This document shows positions 49,893 through 62,789 of a stretch of 64,000 nt of DNA, piece after piece. The stretch comes from Eledone cirrhosa (Eukaryota). The stretch spans positions 161,386,001 through 161,450,000 of the forward strand of contig OZ024741.1 in NCBI GenBank assembly GCA_964016885.1, in the 5' to 3' direction. The translations under genes and the position numbers were made by a program. The notes beneath the pieces are model-generated. The model searched no databases, had not been told where the DNA came from, and saw only the letters and a program-made list of their open reading frames with translations. Within the stretch, counting starts at the first letter, position 1. Each line of letters opens with the position of its first letter.

Positions 49893-51653
49893 ATGTTTAT
49901 CGATATCGTTGATAACGTTATCGTCGAAAACGATATCGCCATATTGGAAGCGAACGCCACGCCGACCAAAAAAACAAGCGGGAAAGAGGGAACAACAGTT
50001 CAAACTGTTGAACAGCCCCTCCTTTCCAATGAAAAAAAAAAGAATTTTAATTCAAATGGAAAAATTAATTTTCAAGAAAAAAATAACACCACAAATAAGG
50101 AAACCAACAACATTACAACAACAAACACAGACAACAAAATTTCTTTTGCCCAAACACTCAGGAAAGCCACGGAATACAAACCCATTGACATCACGAACGC
50201 TAAGGAAAATTTGCTAGAGGCTAGAAAATACGTATCTTTTGGGGAGGATGGTTCTTTTACGATCAACTCCCCAGAAGAAGTGCGTCAACAGATTTACAAG
50301 AATACCGTAACCTACAGAACCATAACCAACGAAACGAGAAAGCCAGCGCAATTGACCGAAAGTCAAATTGAGCTGGTTCTGAAAGACATTAAAAAGGACA
50401 TACTCTTTATTCAAAAAGGAAAGCTGTATGCCAGCATTATGGTCCGAATGAAGGACGAAATGCTGGCTCAGAAATATTCGGTGGCACCTATAGTGTCACC
50501 ACAATACACCTTCTTCCCCACATATAAAGGAAGAAGAACACAAAGGATAAGAATGTGGAGCCCTACGCCAGAAATTAACATCTGGTCCGTCCTAACAGGA
50601 TTTACCGACCTAGATAAGGACATACTCATTTCAGCAGGGGAGTCCACCAGTGGACTGTTCGGGGGGAAAAGTCTGGAGGTTCTCTTACAGATGACACCTG
50701 AGAGAATCTCCGGAATACCCGACCGAGTGCTACTGGATGGGCGAACCTTCATAAATATCACAGTGGAAGGCAGGAGACCCTCATGTTACCACTGCGCTGG
50801 CAGAGGTCACCTGAGGACGGCCTGCCCTCTACTAACAACAAAAAAACCACTGCTACAAACACCACAACAACAACAAAAACAACCAGCACCACCATCACAA
50901 AAACAACAAAATACACTACCATCACCACCAGAACGACAACAAAAATCAACAACACCACCACCACAACAACAACAACAACATCAACAACAGCTCAAGAAAA
51001 CAACCCAAAACACGGTCCCACCCAGCCCTACCCCACAGAACACAAATACAAAAACAGTTCATACACAACGCGGAGATATACCCCTTCCCTCCAATACGGA
51101 AGAGGAGCTCATATCGTCGGAAGACGAGGGGGCTCCCTTCCAAAAAGTGAAAAGAAAAAAACGTACACACACCACACAAACAAAAATAACCCCACCTGAC
51201 AACACAACACAGACAATAAAACGCAAACTCACTCAACAACAACAAGCAAAAACAAACACAACAACACAAAAACTCTACACATACATAAACAAAAACAATG
51301 AAAACCTAACTTTAAAAATAGAAACCAACCCTTCGATACAAACCGAAGGGCCGAATTTCGTAACGGCAATGGGGCTCCCTAACCTGAAAATGGTGAAAAT
51401 CCCACTTGAGATTTTCAAAACTTTGAAAGACATTTACCCTGAGGACGTGGGCCCACCCTGCACCAGGCCACTCAACCGCGTCCTCCTGAAAGGTTTTCCC
51501 CTCCCCTCCTCAAACACCCACACAACTCCAAAGATCCCAACCCCTCCACACACTAATACCCCCACACCACCACAAACCACCACCCCACCCATCAACCCCT
51601 CCACCAGCCCCATGGAAACTGAGCGACCCGAACCCCGGGACGCAGAGAGGTAA
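49893..51653 (+). CDS. LINE ORF1p (gag-like) with CCHC zinc knuckle and Q/T/P-rich tail
   Basis: 586-aa open frame; SFAQ motif, ITVEGRRPSCYHCAGRGHLRTAC knuckle; lies 23 bp upstream of ORF2. Confidence 0.88.
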   Translation: MFIDIVDNVIVENDIAILEANATPTKKTSGKEGTTVQTVEQPLLSNEKKKNFNSNGKINFQEKNNTTNKETNNITTTNTDNKISFAQTLRKATEYKPIDITNAKENLLEARKYVSFGEDGSFTINSPEEVRQQIYKNTVTYRTITNETRKPAQLTESQIELVLKDIKKDILFIQKGKLYASIMVRMKDEMLAQKYSVAPIVSPQYTFFPTYKGRRTQRIRMWSPTPEINIWSVLTGFTDLDKDILISAGESTSGLFGGKSLEVLLQMTPERISGIPDRVLLDGRTFINITVEGRRPSCYHCAGRGHLRTACPLLTTKKPLLQTPQQQQKQPAPPSQKQQNTLPSPPERQQKSTTPPPQQQQQHQQQLKKTTQNTVPPSPTPQNTNTKTVHTQRGDIPLPSNTEEELISSEDEGAPFQKVKRKKRTHTTQTKITPPDNTTQTIKRKLTQQQQAKTNTTTQKLYTYINKNNENLTLKIETNPSIQTEGPNFVTAMGLPNLKMVKIPLEIFKTLKDIYPEDVGPPCTRPLNRVLLKGFPLPSSNTHTTPKIPTPPHTNTPTPPQTTTPPINPSTSPMETERPEPRDAER

Positions 51654-51676
51654 GTGCCTCTTTCTTTGCTACCAAC

Positions 51677-54600
51677 ATGGCTGTCTTAAGAGTAGGTTGT
51701 CTAAATGCGCGTGGCCTGGGCTCACCTTGGAAGCAAGCTAAACTTCTAAGTGACCTCTGGTCACAATGTGTAAATGTGATGGTTATTTGCGAGGCCCGGA
51801 TCAGCAGCATGCGACAGCTAACCCCCACCTTTGATGACTTTGAGATGCACGCATCTCTCTGTCAGCCTGGAGGTGGGGGTGGGGTTGTCGTTCTGCTGCA
51901 AAAACATCTGGGTCTCGCTACACAGACGGTACACTTGGACCCGGAGGGTCGACTCGTGGTTCTGGACCTTGGCAATGGTGAAGGCGAAGCTTTTAGGCTT
52001 GTCGCCTTATACGCCCCTTTTGGGGCAATGCGGTCGGACTTCTTCCATCGTCTGGAGACTTTTCTAGGGACGTCCCGCTCCTTGATTTTAGTGGGGGACT
52101 GGAATGGTATCCTAGATGCACGTTGGGACTATGTAGGGGCATGTCCCGATAGAGGGGGGTGTAACAGCCTTAAGGGGTTAATCGGCCGATTCGACCTGGC
52201 CGATAGATACCAACTAGATTTTCCGACTGTACCAACCTGGACCTGGTCAAATAACAGTGGTCAATCTAGATCGTACCTAGATAGGTTCTTAGTTAGAATT
52301 AAGGATAGGGACTTTTTAAGTTGTCCAAAAATGCTCATGGTGGGCTATTCAGACCACAAGTTAGTGACCTGCGTAGTCCACCTTGATAGAACGCATAGGC
52401 AGGGGCCCGGTTACTGGAATCTCAACTTGTCCTTACCGGCAAGTAGAGCTTACAGGGACCGGATTAGAACCTTAGTTAAGGAGCAGTTGACGGGCGCCAT
52501 CGTCAACAACAGGTGGTGGGGCTCTCTAAAAAGAGAGATTAGAGTAGTTTCAATAGGAGTTAGTAAGGAGTTAGCCTCAGATAGAAATAGGAAGGAAAGG
52601 GAGTTGGTAGTTAATGTTGAAGAGGCAATGAGAAGCGGCAACGTGGCCAGAGTGCAAGCGTCGAGAACGGTCTTGAACCAGTTCTTCGACGCGAAACACG
52701 AAGGCTGCGTTGTCCGAAGCAAAATACGTGCTCTGGGAAACGAGGGGACCAAAGCTGTTAGCTGGGCCCGCGTGACAGAAGCGAAAAGTGGGATTAAATC
52801 CACTATCCGGTCTTTGCGAGACCAGGATGGACGGGTGATCCTTGAACCTAAGCAAATGTGCGAGGCCTTTCAAAGGCACTTTGCCCAATTGTTCGGGAGG
52901 GGCGGGAGCCGGTTGGAGATGTGGATTTCGGTCCATACCTCGACGGCCTGCCGCGTCTTTCGGACAGGGAGGCGAGGTCCTGCGACGGGCCGATCTCAGC
53001 TGCTGAAATAGGGGACGTGCTGAGCCTATGCGGCAAACGCAAATCTCCAGGACTCGATGGTCTGCCCTACGAACTATATATTAATATGCCGGACTTGTTC
53101 CCCGATCTCCTCGAGGCGGTCTACTGCAACTGGCAACAGAACGGGAGAATTCCCTGTTCTGTGACCAAGGGCGTAGTCACGCTAGTGAGGAAGGACGAGA
53201 ACAAGGGGGATGACATTAGTAATTTTAGGCCCATAACTCTGCTAAATGCAGAGTTAAAGATTTTGGCGAAGGTGTTAGCGAAGAGGTTGGCGCTTGTCGT
53301 GGGGGGCCTGGTGGGAGATGCGCAGACATGCGCTATCCCGTCCAGGTCCATCCACGACAACCTCCACCTCATGCGATACATCATAGAGAGGGTTGGGAAC
53401 GAACCCGGCTTTGGTGGGGCCCTGATAAATTTAGATCAGTCTAAAGCGTTCGATAGGGTGGACCATGGTTACCTGGATGCGGTGCTAGCGGCGGCTGGGT
53501 TCGGACCCGTTTTCAGGGGCTGGATCACTGCCATGCACAGCAGCCGCATCTGCTCTAGAGTCAAGGTGAACGGCTACCTTTCGGAGCCGTTCGAAATCAC
53601 CCGCTCCATCCGACAGGGGTGCCCTCTCTCCTCCCTTCTGTATGTATTGACTCTCGAGCCATTACTGCGGAAGTTGGAGTTGTTGCAGGGCATCCCTTTG
53701 GAACCGGGATTGCGCAAAGCGGTGTCGGCCTACGCCGATGACGTAACAGTAATGGTGTCGACCACCTCGGAAATCGAGGCAATCGGCACCTTACTAGAGG
53801 AGTACGAAAGGTTGACAGAGGCTAAGCTGAACCGGGACAAGTCAGTCGCTTTGCAACTCGGCGAGTGGAGGGGCAAAGCGATGTCGTGCGACGGTATCGT
53901 CGGACGGTGGACGGAGGGCCCGGTGAAGTTGCTTGGGGTCTGGTTCGGACCGGACCTCCAGGTGGAGAAAAACTGGGGTGAGGTGATGAATAGGGTGTTT
54001 GCACTGACCCAGAAGTGGGCCGAGTGCAAACTATCCCTAAAAGGTCGGGCGGAGGTGGCGAACGCTTACATAGCGTCCGTCATCTATTACCGCTTGACTG
54101 TCGTGCCTTTCCCGGGTGAGATCCTCGCCAAAATGGAGCGCGCCCTCTTTTATTTCCTTTGGAAGAAGAGGTCTCCTCTGGTGAGGAGATCCATCTGCTG
54201 TCAACACCCTTTGAAAGGAGGGCTGGGGATGCCGTGGCTAAAAATGCGTAAACACGCATTGAGGCTAAGGCACCTCCACGTATTCCTCACCGGTCAACCG
54301 GTGTGGGCCCCGTTTGTGAGGCGAGCCTTCCCGAGGCTCGTCTCGCTCACCGAGCTGCAGTCCTGGGTGAAGCAAAGACCGAGAAAACTGGGCGACTGGC
54401 ACACCGAGTGTGCCCAGACGCTCACGGCTCTCTGGCAGGCGGACCCGGCTATCGACGGAGACTCCACCTCGTCATTCTATAGAGGGCTGGTGGTTAGCGG
54501 GTGCGACGACGCCCTCGGAGAAGCCCTAGGCATGGAGGAGGACGAACTGGCCAGTCTATTCGGTAGGACTTTCGGCCCGGGACCTATGGACAACTTCCAG

Positions 54601-55113
54601 AAGTCCTTGGCCTGGCAGTGCTACCGAGGGGCTCTGCCCGTTCGGGATAAGCTCTACAGACACGGGCGCCCGGGTAGGGACCCCTCGAAAAAGATCTGTC
54701 CCAGATGCGTGCGCGACGAGGAAACCGTCGCGCACGCATTGGTGCACTGCCCGGGCGTTGCCGATCTGTGGGGCTATGTCGAACAACTGCTGTCACGGGT
54801 GGGACCAATTAGGTTGACCACCGAGTCCATTGTAACGATCAAGCCGCCTCCCCCCTTCAAAAATGAAGGAGAGGCGGTCTTCCTCTGTGTAATAGCCATG
54901 GTAAAAGAGGCTATATGGTGGATGCGTCTGAAAGGGCTGAGGTCGGACACCTTTCTCTCCGGCCAACAACTGGTCCTTTTCTTCCGATACCATTTCGGAA
55001 GAAGGATCAGGATGGAGAGAGAGGTGCTCCACTCCAGCCAGTTTTATGAAAGGTGGGTGAAAGTTGCGAGAATGGCCCGTGTGAATGGGCCTTCTCTCTA
55101 CCTCAGCCTGTAG
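51677..55113 (+). CDS. LINE ORF2p (AP endonuclease, RT, C-terminal zinc finger), split by a single frameshift near 52900
   Basis: CLNARGL, ICE, DPEGRLV, LYAP, VGDWN, TW, SYLDRF, SDHKLV, GPGYW; second frame KSPGLDGLP, NFRPITLLN, LDQSKAFDRVDH, IRQGCPLS, YADD, KLLGVWF, GGLG, CPRC..DEETVAHALVHC. Confidence 0.92.
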
Positions 55114-55337
55114 GTGGAACAGAAAGAAGGGAGCACCCTCTCTTTGTGCTCCCGTGGAGAAGGGTCGCACACTTTTTTTCGGGGGTGTGTGTGTGACCCC
55201 AAAACGATCCCTCCCTATTGAGGACCTTCTTGTTATTATTTTGTTTGTTATATTTTTCTTACTCGATTTTTATGTAAACTCCCCCCACCCATGTACATGT
55301 CCCTTTCTTTTGTGCCCTAGTGGCAAATAAACAGAAA

Positions 55338-55406
<69 letters not shown>

Positions 55407-56359
55407 AAAAATAACCATCGACCAGGAAAGACAATCTCCGATTTCTTTAAAATTTCCAAAATTGATAATGGATGATAAATCCGAAATATTGGAACTAATA
55501 AATTAGTAAATTACTATGGTAACAATCAGTCATTCTTGTCCTTTTATTTCCTCCTTTCCTCACTCTTTGCATTCTACCTCACCTTTTCCAATTCCCTTCT
55601 GACTTTGTTGCCATGATATTTGAAACCCACCAGCATTGTGATGGTTTCATAAATATACTCACTTTTTGTATATATATGTATATATATATATATATACAAA
55701 TATATATGTCAATTCCTGAGTTGTATGGGGTTAACCACAGTTTATAAAATTACTCAATATTTTGGTAGAGAATAGGCATTTTTTATATTATATAGAAAGG
55801 AGTTCTACAGAACTAGAACTGTTTCATTCAACATTTCTGACTGATGATAATGGCCATTATCATCAGCCATGAGCGACCAAAGGTAAATAATAGATTGGAA
55901 ATGCATGAGACAGACTGGTTGCTGTAGTGATTTGATGCTTGCATATTTCAGACACACAAGCCAGTCATGGAGAAAAAACACATTGATTGTTTATTTTGAT
56001 TTGAACTATTTCAGCCCCACATTTGAAAAAAGGGTATTTGCTCTGAAATATCATGTTGAAATACACTGGATAAAACAATATTTTGTTCTGTTTTATTTGG
56101 TATTATTTGCCCTTTGTATATTTCTACTGTGTTGTACCAGCTTTTTGAAAATTATCGGCCTTTTATTATAAAGAGCTTTCCTGACGATTTCTTTTAAATG
56201 AAACAGTCTAGTTCTGTAGAAACCATTTCTATATCAAATTTGATGCTTACACTCTACTAATGTATTGAGTACCTTACTTACTGTGGTTTCCCCTGATTGA
56301 ACCCGGGACTTACAGCTGCTATTATATATATAATAATAATTATTATTATTATTATTGTT

Positions 56360-56768
56360 CTTTGAGTCTCAGTCATTGATGTTATTTAACTGGAAAGTTT
56401 GTTGAAATGAATATCAAACCGCTACCTGCAGCCTCAGATATTCAGGACGTATCGGAGGGTTCTTGCTGTTCCCAGCAAGCATGCCTTTTGAAATGTTCCA
56501 AAAAGCGGGGCTGGACTAATCTTCTTTAACCATCCTTGGAAACTCTTTGAGATAGTACCTAGTGCGCCTATGACAATCAGGACGACCTTGATTTCATGGC
56601 AGTTCCAAATCCTTTTTAACTCCCACTTTAAGTCCTGGTATCGGTTAATTTTCTCCCTCTCCTTTTCTTGCACTCTCATGTCAAATGGGCAGGCTACATC
56701 TACAATTAGGCACAATCTTTTTTCCTTGTCCAAAACTACCAGGTCAGGCCCATTGTGTTCTAATGTGT
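56360..56768 (-). mobile_element. R4/Dong-like LINE 3' end (restriction-like endonuclease) flanked by (TAA)n
   Basis: PDLVVLDKEKRLCLIVDVACPFD...KEREKINRYQDL...W...VIGALG...QKACLLGTARTLR (PD-(D/E)xK RLE); (ATT)n at 56331-56356 and 56769-56797. Confidence 0.88.
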
Positions 56769-56797
56769 TTATTATTATTATTATTATTATTATTATT

Positions 56798-58337
56798 GGT
56801 CTGATCGGACGTCTTTATGCTCGCCCTCGTAATTCTCTTTATTTACCTGTCATAAATAATTTATTGTTAAATTGTTGTTGTTGTGTAAGGGATATAAGCC
56901 CTTGGACTTTGCTCTGTGAAGGAGAAAGTGTAGTATTTGGGCCTTTTGGCCCAAATATTTGAACTTTTTACACTTAAAAATTATCAAAAAAAAAAATCAT
57001 GGCTGAGCCATGCCCCCCAGCGATATGTCTGCTGTCGTGTGACAATGATATTAAAGTTGAGAGGAGGGTTACGGCGAAGACAGAAATTGATACAACAAAC
57101 ACCACCACAAACAATGTGAACAAAGACAGCAATGACAACAACACTGACAACACTAACTCTGAAAAATATTACCACACCAACCACAACAGTAACAGTGACA
57201 ACCAAAATACAGACAACAGCAAAAATGACATGTGCAACAACAATATTAACACCACTAACATGAAAACAAATAGCGATAACAACAATACAAATAGCACCAA
57301 GAAGAACAACAACGGCGGCACCAAAGACACAACCTACTGCAATAGTGATAACAACAACAACACCAACAACACCATTTGTAGCAACAGCAACAGCACCAAC
57401 AACAAGACCAGTAACAGTAGTAATGGCAGCAACAATGATGCCACTGAAAAAAGGGACCATCTCTATTGCAAAGGTGGCTCGCAACGTAGAAACAGTCCTG
57501 ATCACAGAGGAGGAGATGGCGGTCACAAGACACACGGTAACCAGAACTGAATTTTCAGTGTCCTTGAAACCACCAACCGACTTCCTGGAGGAACAAGAGC
57601 GACACACAGTGTCATACTGCACAATTGCCACAAAATCACATTGTGTGGAGAGAGCCTCAGAAGGCCTTGGGAAATGTGTGGGCACGGAAAACCCACATCA
57701 CTCGTGGCAAGAAATATGCTACTGTGCACGTCCTTTTTGCTACCATCCAGGAAGCAAAATCACACTCACTGGGGACCCTACAGAATAATGGCATAACATT
57801 AGACCAGTTTCACTGCAGAAAAAAAATTGCAAAGGTCAGGGTAACCCAGGTCCCGCCCTACGTACCCATGCCTTGGCTGGTCGTGTCTGTTCTTGCGGGC
57901 ATCGAGGATAGAATAACCATTCTGCAGGTACAGAAGTTGGGGAGAGAGGACTGGTCCGGTATTGGAATGGAGATGCTCATCCAAACCGACCAGGATTGCA
58001 TCAGCGCTATTCCTGATGTAATAGACCTCAAGAATGGCTCCCAACTTCCCATATCTGTGGAAGGAAGGCACCCAAAGTGCTTCAACTGTGGATCGAAATC
58101 TCACCTCAGAGCTTTCTGCCCACAGAAAATAGCAAAGGTGAAGGTCCCCCTCCTTCCAACGCCGGAACTGCTGCCATCAGAAACAGAGCAGTCAGCGAAA
58201 ACGTTGGGAGCTTCTACAGAGAGTAGGAGGATAATGTCCGTGGCACCCACACCAAAGCCACGGACAGCAGCGGCAACTGCAGCAACAGAAACAGTTGCAC
58301 TAGCTGCACCTGTGCCAAGAATGGCAGACCAGGCTCC

Positions 58338-58369
<32 letters not shown>

Positions 58370-58400
58370 AGACAAATGAGAGGGAAGAACTCATACTCCT
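56798..58400 (+). mobile_element. 5' part of another Tx1-like LINE (decayed ORF1 with zinc knuckle)
   Basis: ISVEGRHPKCFNCGSKSHLRAFC parallels ORF1 at 49893; low-complexity (ACA)n-rich N-terminal part; frameshifted; begins right after (ATT)n. Confidence 0.75.
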
Positions 58401-60150
58401 TTATGTGGACATAAAAACGATGATGATGTTGATGATGATGATACATTCATGTACTTTTAATTTTCATTAAGTTGCTTGTGAACAGGTGCTGGAGTACCTA
58501 CATGTTCTCTGTCTAGGGCCTCTAGTTGTTTTAATGTGGTCCTCACAGTCACTCTAAAACTGAAATGTCACCTAAAGAGAAAGAAATGCAATTAATAATA
58601 ATTATAACATCCTAAACTTTGACAAAAATGCCATGTTTCATTGCTATATCTTAATGTTTGTTAACTATCATCATCATCACCATCATTAACATCTGTTTTC
58701 CTGCCAGCAAGGGTTGGAGGAGTCTTCACAAACCATGTCAGTACTCAAGTGTAGCTATTGATGGGCTTGGGGCCTGCATCTCTTTTATATACAATACTGC
58801 ACTCTACTGAATGCATTTACTCATGGCACTAGTACTAACGAGGCTGCTATGTCTTTGACACAACTGAAGAATCTTCTTGATTCTTTTTGGTATGGTTTCT
58901 ATAGCAAGGTACCCTTCCTATCACCAACCACCTTACAGGATGTACTGAGTGAATTTTTCATGACACCAACACTAGAGAGGTTTTTGGTTATTGTTTCAAC
59001 TAAAGAACTCTCTCTACACTATGCTGGGGTGGGGTTAATATATATTTAAAATGAGATAGGGCCACCTGAGTTGCACCATACTTAACCTATATGTAAATCT
59101 GGTAATGTATATTTTAATACACATTTCAATATACTGTATATTTAAAACAAGACAGGCCCCTCTGGATTATGAACCCATGGGTTGCAGTCAACTTAATCTA
59201 CATGTAAATACAGCATTAGTTAGTGACAGTACTTAACTTGTATGGGAGTATGACATAGTTTCACCTCCCATGTGCAAAAAATAGTGGACAGATTGTGGTG
59301 AAGAATTGCAGTATTAGAATAAAGTTTCCACTTTTTAATGAATTGCAGTCATAGTGCTGTATTACATTTTTTAAGAAGACGGTTTCATGTGGTGCAGGAT
59401 GTTAAGAGTTGAAGTGTTGCTTTCTGTGTTAATGTATTTGCTAATACTTGCAAGAAACCACTTTAGTTTTTGAAAATTGTTTAATACTAAACAAATAAAT
59501 CTCAATTTATCTTCAATCTACCAGGCATCTTATCTCAGCATATATACAACAGTGTAACCTCCGTTCTAACCACAAATATTACCCACAAACTTACTACTTA
59601 TATACACAACAGTTATATACATGGCATTTAGGCAAACTATATATGCAAAACTTAACATGTTACATCTACTATATCAATGGGGTTTTCATTCTGATCCTAC
59701 CATTGTCACCACCTTCTGACATAAGAAAACTAGAAAATATAAATGCATCAACAGGAAGTATCATACATATTGCAGATACACACACATGTTGGAGAAGGGA
59801 AGTTGGAGAGGGGTGGTGGATGAGGGTGATGAGGGACTATTGGAGGAGGGGATGCCAATTTCTTACATTAGAACAAGACCACACATTTGGTCCATCACTC
59901 CTATCATTCACTCTTCTCTATCTGTTTCTCTGTATCCCTCTACTTCTCTCTACCACTCTGTCTATGTCTTTCTTTATCACTTCCATCTCTCTATCTATAT
60001 GTCTCGCTCTCTCGCTCTCTCTCACTCTCTCTCCATATACATTCTCACACATGCACACATATATATATATAGCCATACTCTACTACCCCAAGTATCAAGT
60101 ACTCTGTTGGGTAATAGTCTAATTAGTTTCAAACTGGTTCTATCCTGATT

Positions 60151-60195
<45 letters not shown>

Positions 60196-60229
60196 CAATA
60201 GTGGTATGGTTCTTTGTCAGTCTTCCAAT

Positions 60230-60395
60230 CTAAAATTCTCTGTCAATCTGAAGTTATCTGTAAATCTGCCAGAGATATCTCTGTCTGAAATTCTCTGTTA
60301 ATCTGAATTTCTCTATCCAACTATCAATCTCAAATTTTTCTGACTCTCTGAAACTTTCTGTCAATCTGTCAATATAAAATTCTCTGCCAATCTGT
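60230..60395. repeat. Degenerate ~20-bp minisatellite (aaattctctgtcaatctg)
   Basis: About 7 imperfect copies visible. Confidence 0.75.
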
Positions 60396-60739
60396 CGGAG
60401 ATCCTATTGCATCTATTTATGCTTGCACTAAGTATGCGCAATATCAAGTGCATACCAACCTTTTCTTTCACATACAGTAAATACACTTCCAAGGTAACAC
60501 TTGTAGTGTGTATGTCTTCTTTTTTAATATATGTCATGTTGATCCTTTTAGACTTTTGGATTATAAATCATTTATATTGGGTTGGAACGTTTTTCTATAG
60601 CACTTCAACCATCAAGAGAGCTCGCAGTGGAAACTGGGTCAGAAGCATATAAAAGTACACACACATCATCATCATATGTTGTTATTGTTGAACCTCCATT
60701 GTTTCCAACAACAAATGCTCCAGTTAAATCAATTAACAG

Positions 60740-61012
60740 AATGGCATGCCCATGAAATTATTGTGTAAGTGACTGAGCATTTCACAGGCACATGAACCTT
60801 TAGCTTAGTTCTCAGGGAGATTCAGTATGACAATGTATGACAAGACTGGCCCTTTAAATTACATGTACAGCTCATTTTTGCAAGACTAGCAGACTGGGGC
60901 AATATAAAATATAGTGTCTTGCTCAAGGACACAATATACCACCTGGTTCAAGAATGGAATTCACAACCTTATGATCATGAGCTGAACACTTTAACCACTA
61001 AGCCACACACCT
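60740..61012 (-). mobile_element. Second tRNA-derived SINE family
   Basis: Reverse complement begins ggtgtgtggcttagtggttaaag (A-box) and contains gtgtccttgagcaagacact; related pieces at 8610-8730 and 26000-26130. Confidence 0.75.
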
Positions 61013-61165
61013 TTACAATTATCCTCATATATTTGCAATGTATATTTTAATGTATATTTATAGATAGTGCAGCTACATGCATGTGTATATGCGTGTGTGC
61101 ACGTGTGCATATATGTAGTGCACATGTATGTTAGCATATAAAACTACATATATATCATTTACATT

Positions 61166-61345
61166 TTTAGGATTAGGATTAAGGTTATGCTAGCATTAGG
61201 TTTAGAGTTGGGGTTAGGAATAGAGTTTAGGGTTGAAGTTAACATTAGGGTAAGTGTTAATGTTGAGGTTAGGGTGTAAGGTTAAGGCATGAGTGGGTTT
61301 TGGGTGTATGATTCGGGTTCGAGTGTAGGGTTAGGGTTAATGTTA
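61166..61345 (+). repeat. Degenerate TTAGGG-like repeat
   Basis: ttaggattaggattaagg...ggttagg...tttagggtt...gggttagggtta. Confidence 0.65.
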
Positions 61346-61889
61346 GATTATAATCTCAAAATAATTGAACTGAGTGTTGGGAGCAAGATTGTCATTTTTT
61401 TTTTTTTTTTTTTTTTTAAATGTTTCTGTTTCAGATTATTAAATGCAGTATACTTGATTTACCAATATACCAACTTGTTTCTCAACAAGTTCTGGTCACA
61501 AAAGGGTCAATTTACAAAGGGTTATTAATATTATGCCACCACTAACTGCTGGTGTTGTTATAAAATAAAACAAAAATAAGAAGAAATATGTTTATTCATA
61601 TCAACATAATAGTGTGTGACCTAGCAGAAATATATAGTGTAAGAATAAATGATATAGCAGATAGATAAATGGTATTGCCATTAAATTAAATGTTGTCATG
61701 ATATAAAATCAGCTAGAATATGTAAACTACAAAAAATAGCTGAACAAACAAACAAACGGAGTATGTCCGTTTTAATACTTTTCACATTGGATTTCATTAC
61801 TTTATTAAAAGAAAACATATTTTGATACAAAATACAGTAACACATTTTAACAGATGTGTTGATTTAGAAAATTATTCCCTCCAGGCTCT

Positions 61890-62330
61890 GTAAATGTATG
61901 TGTATGTGTGTGTAAGAGACTGTGTGTGTGTATCTGTTTATATATGTGTATGAGTGAGTGCATGTATCTGTCTGTGTATGAGTGTATGCATGTCTGTATG
62001 TATATGAGTGTGTGCATGTATCTGTCTATGTATGTATATGAGTGTATGTAAGTCTATCTATATATGTGTATGAGTGTGTGCATGTATCTGTCAATGTATG
62101 TGTATGAACGTGTGCGTGTCTGTATGAGTGTGTGCATGTATCTGTCTATGTATGTGTATGAGTGTGTGCATGTATCTCTCTATGTATGTGTATGAGTGTG
62201 TGCATGTCTCTGTCTATGTATGTGTATGATTGTATGTGTGCCTGTATGTGTATGAGTGTGTGCATGTATCTATGTATATGTATGACTGTATGAGTATATG
62301 TGTGTCTGTATTTGTATGTGTATGTATGTG
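61890..62330. repeat. Compound TG/TGTA minisatellite
   Basis: Repeated gtatgagtgtgtgcatgtatctgtctat units. Confidence 0.85.
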
Positions 62331-62789
62331 CAGTGAGTCATGTATGCAAGTGAACTCCAACCAGGGTTCATATGAACTTAAAGGGTTCACTATAATATTT
62401 TAGGAGGTTCCAACAAGGTTTGTCAGTAAAGTTTGACTGTTTCTTGTAACATTCTAAAGGTTTTAATTTAATATATTATTTTTATAAGATAGTATAGATT
62501 TTGACGTGGTGGGGCTGTCATAATGGTAAATATAAAAATATACACATATATATTCCTTCTATTATCTAGTTTAATGGTCGTTTATAGCTCACTCAGTAAT
62601 ATTATAGGTACCCTAATGTTACTGAGAGGGTTATAAAGAATCCTTAAACTTGATATTTCACAATACAAACCTTAAATTGTTGGATTAAAAATGATTGTCA
62701 GGCTGCACTCTGAGTTCAAATCTTATCAAGGGCAACTTTACCTTTCATCCTTTCAAAATCAATAAATAAAATGCCAATACTGAGGCTAT

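Larger units (their letters stand above)
49710..55336 (+). mobile_element. Full-length Tx1/L1-clade non-LTR retrotransposon inserted in a (GTCT)n microsatellite
   Basis: 5' UTR + ORF1 + ORF2 + 3' UTR ending aataaacagaaattt; gtctgtctgtct on both flanks (49692-49710 and 55340 onward). Confidence 0.92.

Noticed and set aside
56984-57685. Hydrophobic minus-strand ORF and Asn-rich plus-strand ORF as host proteins
   Set aside because: They are alternative frames of the (ACA)n-rich low-complexity part of a decayed LINE ORF1.
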